DNA of 64,000 bases from Acidimicrobiia bacterium (GTDB lineage: Bacteria; Actinomycetota; Acidimicrobiia; Spongiisociales; ZC4RG35): the NCBI GenBank assembly GCA_965215185.1, contig OZ244034.1, positions 2,848,001 to 2,912,000 on the forward strand, given 5' to 3'. Position numbers and translations under genes: made by a program. This document shows positions 48,402 through 58,459 of this stretch, piece by piece. Below the pieces are notes generated by a model. That model worked only from the letters and a program-made list of their open reading frames with translations. It made no database searches and had not been told where the DNA came from. Numbering within the stretch: the first letter of the stretch is position 1; each line of letters opens with the position of its first letter.

Positions 48402-48591
48402 ATCGCCACTCGTAAAGCCAGATGATGGTGTTATCCAAAGGCGGAAGCTGCCGTTGTCACTTTGATTTCGTACAATTCGTCCTTGGAACCACAGATCTCC
48501 TCAGGGTGGGTTAGGTCGGCTTCGGCGGGACCCTTGTGCTCCCCGTCTTCTATCTGGACTCTGGGGTTTTCCGCTTGCTGCCCAACGGCGC

Positions 48592-50190
48592 CTATTGAGG
48601 AGGCGATGCGTTCTCCAACCGCAGCAGGCCCACAATCAGGCCGTCGGAAAGAGCCTCCCACGAGGCTTCGATGATATTGGGATGGACTCCCACCGTCCCC
48701 CAGGAGGTGGTTCCATCGGTGGTTTCGATCAGTACCCGCACGGTGGCGCCGGTGCCGTCGGAGGAGTCCAGCACCCGGACCCGGTAGTCGATCAGTCGAA
48801 GGAGCTCGACCTGGGGAAAAGCGGAGGTCAGCGCGGAACGGAGAGCCTGGTCGAGTGCATGGACCGGGCCCACTCCGGTACCGGTGGTGTGGTGGCGTTG
48901 TTCTCCGAGCTCCACTACCACCTCGGCCTTGGAGACGACTTCACCAGGGCCGTTGTCATGGTGGATGGAGACCGAAAAGCTCTGGGTTGAAAAGAGATTC
49001 TGGCGCCAGCCGAGTGTGTATCTCACCAACAATTCGAATGATCCGTCGGCAGCTTCGAACTGGTATCCGCGGTGTTCCTGTTCCTTGACCTGCTCCAGCA
49101 CCTCGCCAGCGGAATTTTGATCGAGGCCAATGCCCAGGGAGGCGGCCCTTCGGATGACGGCCGCCCGCCCCGCCTGTTCGGAGATGACCATCCGGGTGCG
49201 GTTGCCCACCAGGTCAGGTCGGGTGTGCTCGTAAGCGTCGGGTCGCCGCGCCAGGGCGGAGGTGTGAAGACCGGCCTTGTGGGTGAAGGCGGAGGAACCG
49301 ACATAGGGACGGTGGGGATCCAAAGTGATATTGACCACCTCGGCTATGTGGTGGGAGATGGAGGAAATCTGTGAGAGCCGCCCGCTATCAACCACGGGGA
49401 CGCCCATTTTCAGCACCAGGTCTGGGATGACCGTGGAGAGGTCGGCGTTCCCGGTCCGCTCTCCGTAGCCGTTGATGCATCCCTGCAACTGTCTGACCCC
49501 CTGCCCGGCGGCGCCCAACGAGGACGCAACCGCGCATCCGGTGTCGTTGTGAAAGTGGACTCCCAGCTCGGCTTGAGGCAGGGCCCGGTCAATCTGGACA
49601 ATGGTCCGGGTTATCTCGGTGGGCAGCGCTCCACCGTTGGTGTCGCACAGCACCAGCCGTTCCGCTCCGGCTTCCCAGGCCGCCTTAATCACCGCCAAGG
49701 CGTATTGGGGATTTGTCCGATAACCGTCGAAAAAGTGCTCGGCGTCGAAGAAAACCCGCCGGCCGTGCGATTTGAGATACTCCACCGACTCGGCGGCCAT
49801 CCGTATTCCCTCATCGGGCTCACAGCGCAACGCTTCTCGGACGTGATAATCCCATGACTTTCCCACGATGCAGATGATCTCGGTCTCCGCCTCCAGGAGA
49901 TGGCGCAGTTGCGGGTCGGCCTCCACCCGCCGGGAGGGCCGGCGCGTGGACCCGAAGGCAGTGAGTTGGCTGTTTGACAGGGACAGTTCCGTCTTGGCCC
50001 GAGCAAAAAACTCGTTGTCTTTGGGTAGAGCTCCCGGCCACCCACCCTCGATGTAATGAACGCCCAAAGAGTCCAGAAGCGAGGCGATTCGCAGCTTGTC
50101 GGAGACGGTGAGGGAGATACCCTCCTGCTGTGCGCCGTCACGGAGAGTCGTGTCGTATATCTCGAGCTTTGGGTGGATGGTGGGGGTCAT
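48592..50190 (-). CDS. cimA: Citramalate synthase
   Basis: YDTTLRDGAQ, IEGGWPG, FDAEHFFDG, HFHND, ERTGNA, HKAGLH, FEAADGS and DYRVRVL motifs. Confidence 0.93.
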   Translation of the reverse strand: MTPTIHPKLEIYDTTLRDGAQQEGISLTVSDKLRIASLLDSLGVHYIEGGWPGALPKDNEFFARAKTELSLSNSQLTAFGSTRRPSRRVEADPQLRHLLEAETEIICIVGKSWDYHVREALRCEPDEGIRMAAESVEYLKSHGRRVFFDAEHFFDGYRTNPQYALAVIKAAWEAGAERLVLCDTNGGALPTEITRTIVQIDRALPQAELGVHFHNDTGCAVASSLGAAGQGVRQLQGCINGYGERTGNADLSTVIPDLVLKMGVPVVDSGRLSQISSISHHIAEVVNITLDPHRPYVGSSAFTHKAGLHTSALARRPDAYEHTRPDLVGNRTRMVISEQAGRAAVIRRAASLGIGLDQNSAGEVLEQVKEQEHRGYQFEAADGSFELLVRYTLGWRQNLFSTQSFSVSIHHDNGPGEVVSKAEVVVELGEQRHHTTGTGVGPVHALDQALRSALTSAFPQVELLRLIDYRVRVLDSSDGTGATVRVLIETTDGTTSWGTVGVHPNIIEASWEALSDGLIVGLLRLENASPPQ

Positions 50191-50215
50191 GGTCTTAGTC
50201 CTGTTCGGGGCAATG

Positions 50216-50243
50216 AAAAAGCCCTCCGCTGGGCGGAGGGCTT
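50216..50243 (-). terminator. Intrinsic terminator of the cimA attenuator
   Basis: Minus strand AAGCCCTCCGC-cca-GCGGAGGGC-TTTTT, ending 25 nt upstream of the cimA ATG. Confidence 0.85.
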
Positions 50244-50267
50244 GGCGCAGGCTCGGGTTGCCAGCGC

Positions 50268-50309
50268 CTATGGGTCAATAATGATGGAGCGGGAACTGAT
50301 CTGTTTCAC
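50268..50309 (-). CDS. cimA leader peptide (M)KQISSRSIIIDP, Ile-sensing
   Basis: GTG AAA CAG ATC AGT TCC CGC TCC ATC ATT ATT GAC CCA TAG; three consecutive Ile codons. Confidence 0.8.
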   Translation of the reverse strand: MKQISSRSIIIDP

Positions 50310-50316
50310 GGCCCCC

Positions 50317-50345
50317 ATTATGGCAGAACCAAACGGGTTCGTCAA
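50317..50345 (-). promoter_or_regulatory. SigA promoter for the leaderless cimA leader
   Basis: TTGACG-N17-CATAAT-N7-GTG on the minus strand. Confidence 0.75.
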
Positions 50346-50369
50346 CCGGCTAGGATGAACGCTGTTTGT

Positions 50370-51356
50370 ATGGCCACAGCGAAGAAAAAGGTTTTTTCAG
50401 GTATCCAGCCCACCGGTGAGCTTCATCTGGGCAATTTGGTGGGGGCGCTGCGTAACTGGACGCAGATGCAGGACGACTATGAGACCTACTACTGCGTGGT
50501 GGATCTTCATGCCATGACCATCCCCTATGACCCGGCGGTTTTTCAGGCTGCGAGGCTGGAAACCGCCAAGCTGGTGATTGCGGCGGGGATCGACCCCCGA
50601 CGGTCGGTGTTCTACTTTCAATCCCAGGTTCCTCAGCATGCCGAATTGGCCTGGGTGCTGTCCACCATCACTGGGATCGGGCAGCTTCACCGGATGACCC
50701 AGTACAAGGAAAAGGCCGACCGAAGCGGACAGAATCTGGGCCTTTTGTCATACCCGGTACTGATGGCGGCCGACATCCTGATCCACAAGGTGCATGCCGT
50801 GCCGGTCGGGGAGGATCAGCGCCAGCACCTGGAATTGACCCGCGACCTGGTGGAGAGGTTCAATCACCGCTTTGGGGAGGTCTTTCCCGTTCCCGAGCGC
50901 ATCACCCCACAGGTAGGAGCCAGAGTGATGTCCCTGCAGGATCCCACCTCCAAGATGTCCAAGAGCGACCCCGATGTGCGGTCGAGATTGCTGTTGACCG
51001 ACTCGCCCGATCAGATTCGTCGCAAGGTCCGGGTGGCAGTTACCGATTCGGAGCGGACGGTCGCCTACGACTGGAAGAACAAGCCGGGCATCTCCAACCT
51101 GTTGGAATTGTTGTCGGTTTCCACCAGTTGCCCGGTGGAAGAACTGTCCGCCGAATACCGGGATGTTGGGTACGGTCGGTTCAAGGCGGCGGTGGCCGAA
51201 GCGCTTTGTGAGTACCTGGCGCCGGTTCGGGAACGCTATGCGGGTATGGACGACGCCGAAGTTGCCCGCCTTATGGAAGAGGGCGCCGCCGAGGCGCGGC
51301 GTCGCGCCGAAATCTCAATGGCCACCGTCTGGGAGGCGGTGGGGTTGTCTGTATAG
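50370..51356 (+). CDS. trpS: Tryptophan--tRNA ligase
   Basis: FSGIQPTG, HLGN, YPVLMAADI, VPVGEDQ and KMSKS motifs. Confidence 0.96.
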   Translation: MATAKKKVFSGIQPTGELHLGNLVGALRNWTQMQDDYETYYCVVDLHAMTIPYDPAVFQAARLETAKLVIAAGIDPRRSVFYFQSQVPQHAELAWVLSTITGIGQLHRMTQYKEKADRSGQNLGLLSYPVLMAADILIHKVHAVPVGEDQRQHLELTRDLVERFNHRFGEVFPVPERITPQVGARVMSLQDPTSKMSKSDPDVRSRLLLTDSPDQIRRKVRVAVTDSERTVAYDWKNKPGISNLLELLSVSTSCPVEELSAEYRDVGYGRFKAAVAEALCEYLAPVRERYAGMDDAEVARLMEEGAAEARRRAEISMATVWEAVGLSV

Positions 51357-51387
51357 AGACGGATGACCGTCTTCTAACAGACGAATC

Positions 51388-53001
51388 TCATTGGGGTGGG
51401 GGGGCCCACAACTGGGTGTTGGGCCAGAATTGGCTCCATGCGAACCAGAAAGCCTGGTGGGAAGGGATTTCGGATCCGTCGGAGACTGAAATGGCCCGCA
51501 GGCCGTCACCGTCTTTGATCAAGCGGATGCCTGCGGCCGTCACATCTGCGCCGGAGTCGAGCACCGATAGGGCGGCTTCCCGTGGGAAGGCGATTGTCCC
51601 TCCGCCTTCCAGTTCCACACCCACCACCAAATCTTGCACACCGAGTCGGGTGTCCACATCTCCAACCGGGAAGATCGGGCCAAAGTCGTCTCTGCCTCGC
51701 AGGGGATCGGAGGGATAAGAGCGCCCGAGCCCACCGTCTTCGGCCAGGATGGTCGTGTCGGGATGGGCCTCTTTCCAGGTGCCCCAGGTGGATGCCACCA
51801 CCGTGGCCTGTTTCAGTCGCACTCCTGCTTCTCTCAGGGGGCCGGAGACCGCTTCGCCGGTGAAGGTATCGAAAACCGATCGGGTGTTGAGGTCGTACAT
51901 GACCTTGTTCGATCTGTTTAGCAGCCCCGAGGTCCGCAAGACCGGCGTCTCGATCCCTTCGGGAACGTCGTCGGTGAAATAGGCCTGTGCCGACCCGCAC
52001 AGGGTGCAGTAGGGCATCCCGATCCGTCGGCCCCCCAGGGTGTCGTTGACCATCTCATGGATTTCCATCTGATTTTTGGGATAGGCGCGGGACTCTCCGT
52101 TGATGGTGACGCCAAACACCACCCGGTCGTCGGGGTACCAGTTCCCTTCGGAAGCAGGGGTGACTTTTGGATCATCTAGCGCCGGGATACACCCCCGGTT
52201 GCAGGGTCCGGTGTCTCCAAGGGGCCGGTCGTCTATCAGAACTCCTCCCCAACTCACCCACCGCCAGTCGATTGTGGCTTGGGCGTCTGCGAAAAAAGGC
52301 TCCCACCCGGGCTCGACCAACTGGAAGAGGCGCTTCTTATATTCCCGGTACTCAGGAAAGGCCGGAAGGTCCCAGGCGATGAGCAAGTCCACCGTCCTCT
52401 TCCACAGATCCGGAGTGGCGCCGCTCAACACGTCGTCTCCCAGAAGAGTCTGGATGCGGGCGCCAAGCAGCTCTAACAGTTCGACGTTGTTGGCAAACCG
52501 CAGAAAGTCGGTGAGGATCCAGGCCATACGGATGTCCATATGAGACACGACTGCCGACAGCTCCTCGTGGCCGAATCTCAACTCGGATTCCAACAATGCG
52601 AAGAGCCCACCAAGGTCGAAGCGGAGCGCATCGGACATGGGTCCGGTGGGAAAATCCGGCGGGGAAGGAAAGGTGTCGCCATCACTGGAGACGAGAGCCG
52701 CCGACGCTTGCCTGTCTGTCGTGTCCGGCAGGCGGGTGGTGTTTGTCGACTCTGCGGCGACGGGGCCCGCTTCCGGAGTTCCACCTTCTGCTGTCTCCGG
52801 AAGGGTTGTGGCGGTGGTCGATGCTCCCGCCACAGTGACATCGGCTGTGGCAGGGGTCGTGGCAGTGTTCGTGGGCGTCTGGGGTGTTGTCTCTCCGCCG
52901 CATGACGACAGGATCAGCAAGGTCAGAGCGAGCACCAAGACTGTACGAGTTATGGCTTCTCCTAGAGCAGTTGCTGTTGATGCTACGACAATCGTGAACA
53001 T
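51388..53001 (-). CDS. DUF3179-domain lipoprotein with Thr-rich N-terminal stalk
   Basis: Lipobox LSSC; IPALDDP, RAYP..HEMVND, YCTLCGS, SGLL.RSN.VMYD, FWFAW motifs; start uncertain. Confidence 0.8.
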   Translation of the reverse strand: MFTIVVASTATALGEAITRTVLVLALTLLILSSCGGETTPQTPTNTATTPATADVTVAGASTTATTLPETAEGGTPEAGPVAAESTNTTRLPDTTDRQASAALVSSDGDTFPSPPDFPTGPMSDALRFDLGGLFALLESELRFGHEELSAVVSHMDIRMAWILTDFLRFANNVELLELLGARIQTLLGDDVLSGATPDLWKRTVDLLIAWDLPAFPEYREYKKRLFQLVEPGWEPFFADAQATIDWRWVSWGGVLIDDRPLGDTGPCNRGCIPALDDPKVTPASEGNWYPDDRVVFGVTINGESRAYPKNQMEIHEMVNDTLGGRRIGMPYCTLCGSAQAYFTDDVPEGIETPVLRTSGLLNRSNKVMYDLNTRSVFDTFTGEAVSGPLREAGVRLKQATVVASTWGTWKEAHPDTTILAEDGGLGRSYPSDPLRGRDDFGPIFPVGDVDTRLGVQDLVVGVELEGGGTIAFPREAALSVLDSGADVTAAGIRLIKDGDGLRAISVSDGSEIPSHQAFWFAWSQFWPNTQLWAPPPQ

Positions 53002-53213
53002 TGTTGCCGATCTGGTCGCACCTTTCCTCGGTTCCTCACCAAAGGGACTAATCGGCAGCAGGGCAAGGACGGTTGCACCGTACACGGCGTGTTGAGATAT
53101 ATCACTCAATATCAACACTCCCCTGTTTAAGGCCCAACGGGTCACAAAGCGACTAGTAACCTTGAGTGACTGCGACTTCACAAGAAACAGGGAGAGGGGT
53201 AGGTACAATGATA

Positions 53214-53222
53214 TGCTATAAT
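53214..53222 (+). promoter_or_regulatory. Extended -10 promoter (TGcTATAAT) facing guaB3-guaA
   Basis: Consensus TGnTATAAT within an AT-rich patch. Confidence 0.55.
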
Positions 53223-53500
53223 ATATTGCCTATCCCGCGTGCCGATTTCCAAAGTCGGAGGACTTGATGTCTCCAACCGCGGCTTGCATCCCGATTAATG
53301 GCTGGGTGGCCCTTTGCCACGGTCGGCAAGGTTTCTCCTCCGATGCCTAGGGCCTCCACACCCTGGGAGCCACAGTCGCCAGTTGCTACAAATACTCTCT
53401 TGTTATGGAAACCAATGAGATGGCCCAAACGGGGCTGGGTTGTCATATCTGTCACTGGGATTTGGTAGCCTTCGGGGACTAGCTTTTCGGGGAAAATCTC

Positions 53501-54658
53501 ATGGCAGTTGATATCGGCATCGGAAAAACCGCCCGGCGTGTATACGGGCTCGATGACATAGCCATAGTCCCCACTCGCCGCACCCGTGATCCCGACGATG
53601 TGGACCTGGGTTGGCAACTGGACGCCTATCCCTTCTCGGTTCCATTGATGTGCGCCTCGATGGATTCAACTATGAGCCCGGCCACGGTAATAGAAATAGG
53701 GATACTGGGTGGTCTCGGGGTGCTGAACCTGCAGGGATTGTGGACCCGTTACCAGGATCCGGCACCGATCTATGACGAGATCTCCTCCGCTACTCCTGAT
53801 CGGGCCACCGCTGTCCTCCGAGAGGTCTATAGCGAACCGATAAAGCCTGCGCTGATCGGTGAGCGCATCCAGGAGATCAGGGATTCGGGTGTGATCACGG
53901 CGGCCAGCCTTACGCCGCAGAACACCCTCCAGTATGCGCCGCTGGCGGTTGAGGCCGGTCTCGATCTGCTGGTCATACAGGGAACAGTGGTCTCGGCTGA
54001 GCATGTATCTACCCGCACCGAACCGTTGAATCTGAAGGAATTCATCGCCTCCTCTCCAGTGCCCGTGGTGGTGGGAGGATGTTCTTCATATTCCATGGCT
54101 CTTCACCTGATGCGCACCGGCGCGGTGGGAGTGTTGGTGGGTGTCGGACCGGGAGCCGCCAGCGGCACCCGAAAGGTGTTGGGAGTGGGAGTGTCTCAGG
54201 CCACAGCCATCGCCGACGCGGCCGGTGCCCGGGTACATTATCTATTGGAGACGGGACGGTACGTGCATGTCATCGCCGATGGGGGGATGAGAACCGGAGG
54301 GGAAGTCGCCAAGGCGATTGCCTGTGGGGCGGACGCGGTGATGCTGGGTTCCCCCTTGGCCGCCGCGCAGGAGGCGCCCGGGCGGGGCTTCCATTGGGGG
54401 ATGCTGTCTTCGCATCTCACCCTGCCTCGCGGTGTTCGGGTTGAGATTCCGACCCGCGGGACCCTGCGGGAGATCTTGTTGGGGCCGGCGACAGAAAGCG
54501 ATGGCCTCACCAATTTGTTCGGCGGGCTGCGCAGGTCGATGTCCACCACCGGGTACTCCAACATATTGGAATTCCAAAAGGCCGAAGTGGCAATAGCGCC
54601 CTCCTTCTTAGGCGAGGGCAAAGCTATCCAGCGGTCGCAGCAGGTGGGGATAGGTTGA
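53501..54658 (+). CDS. guaB3: GuaB3-type IMP dehydrogenase family protein
   Basis: [44 protein letters not shown] and VIADGG motifs. Confidence 0.9.
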   Translation: MAVDIGIGKTARRVYGLDDIAIVPTRRTRDPDDVDLGWQLDAYPFSVPLMCASMDSTMSPATVIEIGILGGLGVLNLQGLWTRYQDPAPIYDEISSATPDRATAVLREVYSEPIKPALIGERIQEIRDSGVITAASLTPQNTLQYAPLAVEAGLDLLVIQGTVVSAEHVSTRTEPLNLKEFIASSPVPVVVGGCSSYSMALHLMRTGAVGVLVGVGPGAASGTRKVLGVGVSQATAIADAAGARVHYLLETGRYVHVIADGGMRTGGEVAKAIACGADAVMLGSPLAAAQEAPGRGFHWGMLSSHLTLPRGVRVEIPTRGTLREILLGPATESDGLTNLFGGLRRSMSTTGYSNILEFQKAEVAIAPSFLGEGKAIQRSQQVGIG

Positions 54659-56193
54659 CCTCTTCCGGCGACAATGTACTGGTAGTGGATCTGGGGGCGC
54701 AGTACGCCCGTCTGATCGCTCGGCGTATCCGAGAGGCGCGTGTTCACTCCGAGATAGTGCCGGCCCGGGTAACCGCTTCCGAGGCCGCGGCCCGATCTCC
54801 CTCGGGAATCGTCTTGTCCGGCGGTCCGGCCTCTGTCTACTCACCGGAAGCGGTCTCCATCGATCCGGACCTGCTGTCGTTGGGGGTACCGGTGCTGGGC
54901 ATCTGTTATGGGCATCAACTCATCGCCGAAATGCTGGGGGGCCAGGTGGTGGCAACCGGCGGGGGCGAGTTCGGGAATACCATCATGGAGTCGGACGACT
55001 CATCTCTGTTGTTGCAAGATTTGCCCCCGGTCTGCGATGTATGGATGAGCCATCGCGACGCGGTAGCGAAACCTCCTCCCGGTTTCACGGTGACTGCGCA
55101 CACCCCGGGAGCTGTGGTGGCGGCCATGGAGAACCGGGACGCGGGGCTATATGGGGTTCAATTCCATCCAGAGGTGACCCATACGCCGGGGGGGATGGAT
55201 GTTTTGAAGAGATTTCTCTACGGGGCTTGCGGCGCCCGGGGCGCCTGGACGGCTCGTTCCATAATTGAGACCGAGGTTGAGGATGCCCGCCAGCGGATCG
55301 GAGGTGCCCGGGCGGTGTGCGGTCTCTCTGGCGGAGTGGACTCGGCGGTGGCCGCCGCCCTGGTGCATCAAGCCATAGGTGACCGTCTCACCTGCGTCTT
55401 CGTCGACCACGGGCTGCTCCGATCCGGTGAACCCGAGCAGGTGGAAGAAGTGTTCGGAAACCACTTTTCCACCAACCTGATTCACGTCAAGGCCCAGTCC
55501 CGGTTCTTGGATGCCCTGACGGGCGTTACCGACCCGGAAACCAAGCGAAAGTTGATCGGGGAGACTTTCATCCAGGTGTTCGAAGAGGTATCCGATGGAC
55601 TGGCGGAATGTCGCTTCCTGGTGCAGGGGACTCTCTATCCTGATGTGATCGAATCGGGAGGGGGAGATGCGGCGGTGATCAAGAGTCATCACAATGTGGG
55701 CGGCCTCCCTGAGCACATGCGGCTCGAGCTGGTGGAGCCTCTCCGTGATCTGTTCAAGGACGAGGTGCGGGCGGTGGGTACGCAACTGGGGTTGCCGGAC
55801 GAGATAGTGTGGCGCCATCCCTTCCCCGGGCCGGGTTTGGCGATTCGAATCATCGGGGAGGTGACTGCCGAGCGGCTGGATATCCTGCGCCGCGCCGATG
55901 CCATCGTCATCGATGAAATCCGCCGGGCGGGCCTGTACCGCGATCTGTGGCAGGTTTTCGGCGTGCTGCCGACGGTGCGTTCGGTGGGGGTTCAGGGAGA
56001 TGAACGGACTTATGCCTATCCGCTGGTGGTGCGGGCGGTGGAGAGCTCTGAGGCGATGACCGCCGACTGGGCGCGGCTTCCCTACGAGGTGTTGTCGGCT
56101 ATTTCCCGGCGGGTGATCGGAGAAGTGGAGGGTATCAATCGGGTGCTTTACGATGTGTCCTCCAAACCTCCCGCCACTATCGAGTGGGAATGA
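54655..56193 (+). CDS. guaA: GMP synthase (glutamine-hydrolysing)
   Basis: [28 protein letters not shown] and KPPATIEWE motifs. Confidence 0.96.
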   Translation: MTSSGDNVLVVDLGAQYARLIARRIREARVHSEIVPARVTASEAAARSPSGIVLSGGPASVYSPEAVSIDPDLLSLGVPVLGICYGHQLIAEMLGGQVVATGGGEFGNTIMESDDSSLLLQDLPPVCDVWMSHRDAVAKPPPGFTVTAHTPGAVVAAMENRDAGLYGVQFHPEVTHTPGGMDVLKRFLYGACGARGAWTARSIIETEVEDARQRIGGARAVCGLSGGVDSAVAAALVHQAIGDRLTCVFVDHGLLRSGEPEQVEEVFGNHFSTNLIHVKAQSRFLDALTGVTDPETKRKLIGETFIQVFEEVSDGLAECRFLVQGTLYPDVIESGGGDAAVIKSHHNVGGLPEHMRLELVEPLRDLFKDEVRAVGTQLGLPDEIVWRHPFPGPGLAIRIIGEVTAERLDILRRADAIVIDEIRRAGLYRDLWQVFGVLPTVRSVGVQGDERTYAYPLVVRAVESSEAMTADWARLPYEVLSAISRRVIGEVEGINRVLYDVSSKPPATIEWE

Positions 56194-56194
56194 A

Positions 56195-58417
56195 GTGATC
56201 GGTTCACATCCGCTGCTCCAAGATCTGAACCCCAACCAGCAGGAGGCGGTGACCATCGCCGGGGTGCCCGTGATGGTGGTAGCGGGGGCCGGATCGGGCA
56301 AGACCCGGGTGCTAACCCATCGCATTGCCTACCTGATCCGGGAGATGGGAGCACCGCCCGGCTCCATCCTGGCCATAACCTTCACCAACAAGGCCGCCCG
56401 GGAGATGCGGGGGAGGGTGGGGGAGTTGCTGGGCGCCACGGTCAACAACATGTGGGTTTCCACCTTTCACTCGGCCTGCGCCCGCATCCTTCGCCGGGAG
56501 GCGCATGTCTTCGGCTATCGCTCCACGTTCTCCATTTACGACCGCTCCGACTCGATGCGTCTCATCAGGCAGTGTCTCAATGAACTGGGTCTGGACGCCA
56601 GTCGGCTCTCCCCTCAGGGGCTCTTGAAGAAGATCAGCGCCGCCAAAAACGATCTGGTGGACTATGAGACCTTCCTGGACCGCACGGAAGGACCTGTGGA
56701 GATAGCGGAGGCCTACAAGCTCTACCAGCAGCGCCTGCTGCAGATGTCGGCCATGGACTTTGATGATCTGCTGATGGTGACCGTGGAACTGTTCGGGGCG
56801 GTCCCCGAGGTCCTGGAAAAATACCGGGCTATCTTCCGCCATGTGCTGGTGGACGAATACCAGGACACCAACCGGGCCCAGTATCTGCTGGTTCGTGACT
56901 TGGCTCACCAGCATCGCAGCCTGTTTGTGGTGGGCGACAGCGATCAGTCCATATATGCCTTCCGCGGGGCCGACTTTCGGAATTTCGATCGTTTCGATGA
57001 TGATTTTCCCGAGGCCCGCCGGGTGATACTCAGCCGCAACTACCGCTCCACCTCCACCATCTTGGATGCGGCCAACGAGGTGATAAGCGGCAATCGTCGC
57101 TCTGAACCCAAAGACTTGTGGTGTGATCAGGGGGAGGGAGAACCCGTCTTGGTGCATCAGGGCGCGGGGGCTACGCGGGAGTCGCGGTTTGTCGCTGAAC
57201 AGGTTAGGAAACTGATGGGGGAGGGCTACAACCCGGGGGATGTGGCCGTGTTCTATCGGACCAACGCCCAGTCGCGTGCCCTCGAAGAGGCCTTGCGCAG
57301 TGCCAAACTGCCCTATCAAGTGGTAGGGGCGGTGGCCTTCTACCAACGCCGGGAGGTCAAAGACGTCGTGGCCTATCTGCAGGTGGTCGCCAATCCCGAC
57401 GACGGGGTGGCCTTGCGAAGAATCATCAACACCCCTCGCCGAGGGATCGGACGTACCTCTTTGGGGCATATGGAGCGTTACGTCTCAACGGAGGAAGTGA
57501 GTCTGCGGGAGGCTTTGGAAAGAGCAGATGACATTGGCGGCCTCTCCACCCGGGCCCGCAAAGGCGTCAAGGAACTGGCGAAGGTGCTGGCCTCGATCAA
57601 GGGGCATCTGGAGTCGGATGGGGTGGGCAGGGCCACTGAGAGCGCCATCTTCGACACCGGCTTGGCGGAGATGGCAACGGCGGAAGGGGGGATCGAAGCG
57701 GAGAGCCGCTCCGAGAACCTGGCCGAACTCTCCCGAGTGGCTTACGAATTCGACGCCGACCTGGAGGAGGAGTTGACTCCAACCGAACAGTTGGGTCGTT
57801 TCCTGGAAGGCGCCTCGCTGGTTTCTGATCCGGACAACCTGGATGAGGGAGCGGGCGCGGTGGCGCTGATGACTGTCCACAGCGCCAAAGGCCTGGAATT
57901 TCCGGTGGTGTTCGTGGTGGGAATGCAGGACGGTCTTTTTCCCCACGAACGCAGTTTGTCGGATCCCGATCAGCTGGAAGAGGAGCGGCGGCTCTTCTAT
58001 GTGGCGATCACCCGTTCCATGGAGCGGCTCCACCTGAGTTGGAACGACACCCGCTTGGTGGGAGGATCTCCCTATCCGCAGACCCCCAGCCGCTTCTTAC
58101 GTGAAATTCCCGACCGCCTGGTGAAGCGGGTCGGCGGCCGCCAGCGTTTCTCCTCCAGTGCACCTACCGGGGGTGGTCCCCCCGCAGGGGGTCAAGGCTC
58201 TTTCCGCTCCGAATACCGGCCGGTTAGAGGAATAGTTCGCCAATCGGGATTCGAAGTAGGTGATCGGGTACGCCATCCCCAACTGGGAACGGGACGGGTG
58301 CTGACCATTTCCGGCCAGGGACCCCGCGCTTCGGCCACCATCTTCTTCCCGGAGTCAAGGGAGCGTCGCGAGCTGATGCTGTCAACCGTGGAGAGAGTGG
58401 GGGGATTCGGACCTTGA
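56195..58417 (+). CDS. pcrA: UvrD/PcrA family ATP-dependent DNA helicase
   Basis: AGAGSGKT, TFTNKAA, DEYQD, YRTNAQSR, HSAKGLEF, EERRLFYVAITR; C-terminal Tudor-like VGDRVRH. Confidence 0.93.
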   Translation: MIGSHPLLQDLNPNQQEAVTIAGVPVMVVAGAGSGKTRVLTHRIAYLIREMGAPPGSILAITFTNKAAREMRGRVGELLGATVNNMWVSTFHSACARILRREAHVFGYRSTFSIYDRSDSMRLIRQCLNELGLDASRLSPQGLLKKISAAKNDLVDYETFLDRTEGPVEIAEAYKLYQQRLLQMSAMDFDDLLMVTVELFGAVPEVLEKYRAIFRHVLVDEYQDTNRAQYLLVRDLAHQHRSLFVVGDSDQSIYAFRGADFRNFDRFDDDFPEARRVILSRNYRSTSTILDAANEVISGNRRSEPKDLWCDQGEGEPVLVHQGAGATRESRFVAEQVRKLMGEGYNPGDVAVFYRTNAQSRALEEALRSAKLPYQVVGAVAFYQRREVKDVVAYLQVVANPDDGVALRRIINTPRRGIGRTSLGHMERYVSTEEVSLREALERADDIGGLSTRARKGVKELAKVLASIKGHLESDGVGRATESAIFDTGLAEMATAEGGIEAESRSENLAELSRVAYEFDADLEEELTPTEQLGRFLEGASLVSDPDNLDEGAGAVALMTVHSAKGLEFPVVFVVGMQDGLFPHERSLSDPDQLEEERRLFYVAITRSMERLHLSWNDTRLVGGSPYPQTPSRFLREIPDRLVKRVGGRQRFSSSAPTGGGPPAGGQGSFRSEYRPVRGIVRQSGFEVGDRVRHPQLGTGRVLTISGQGPRASATIFFPESRERRELMLSTVERVGGFGP

Positions 58418-58459
58418 GGTAGCCGGCTTCCCGGTACCGGGAAGAACAGGTGTTGGGAC

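Noticed and set aside
48402-48591. Short ORFs or ncRNA between the Nudix gene and cimA
   Set aside because: No motif, RBS or convincing structure was seen.
51388-53001. Selenocysteine in the DUF3179 protein
   Set aside because: No in-frame TGA; the motif is ordinary CxxC (YCTLC).
53223-53500. Purine riboswitch upstream of guaB3-guaA
   Set aside because: The conserved purine aptamer core and spacing were not recognisable.
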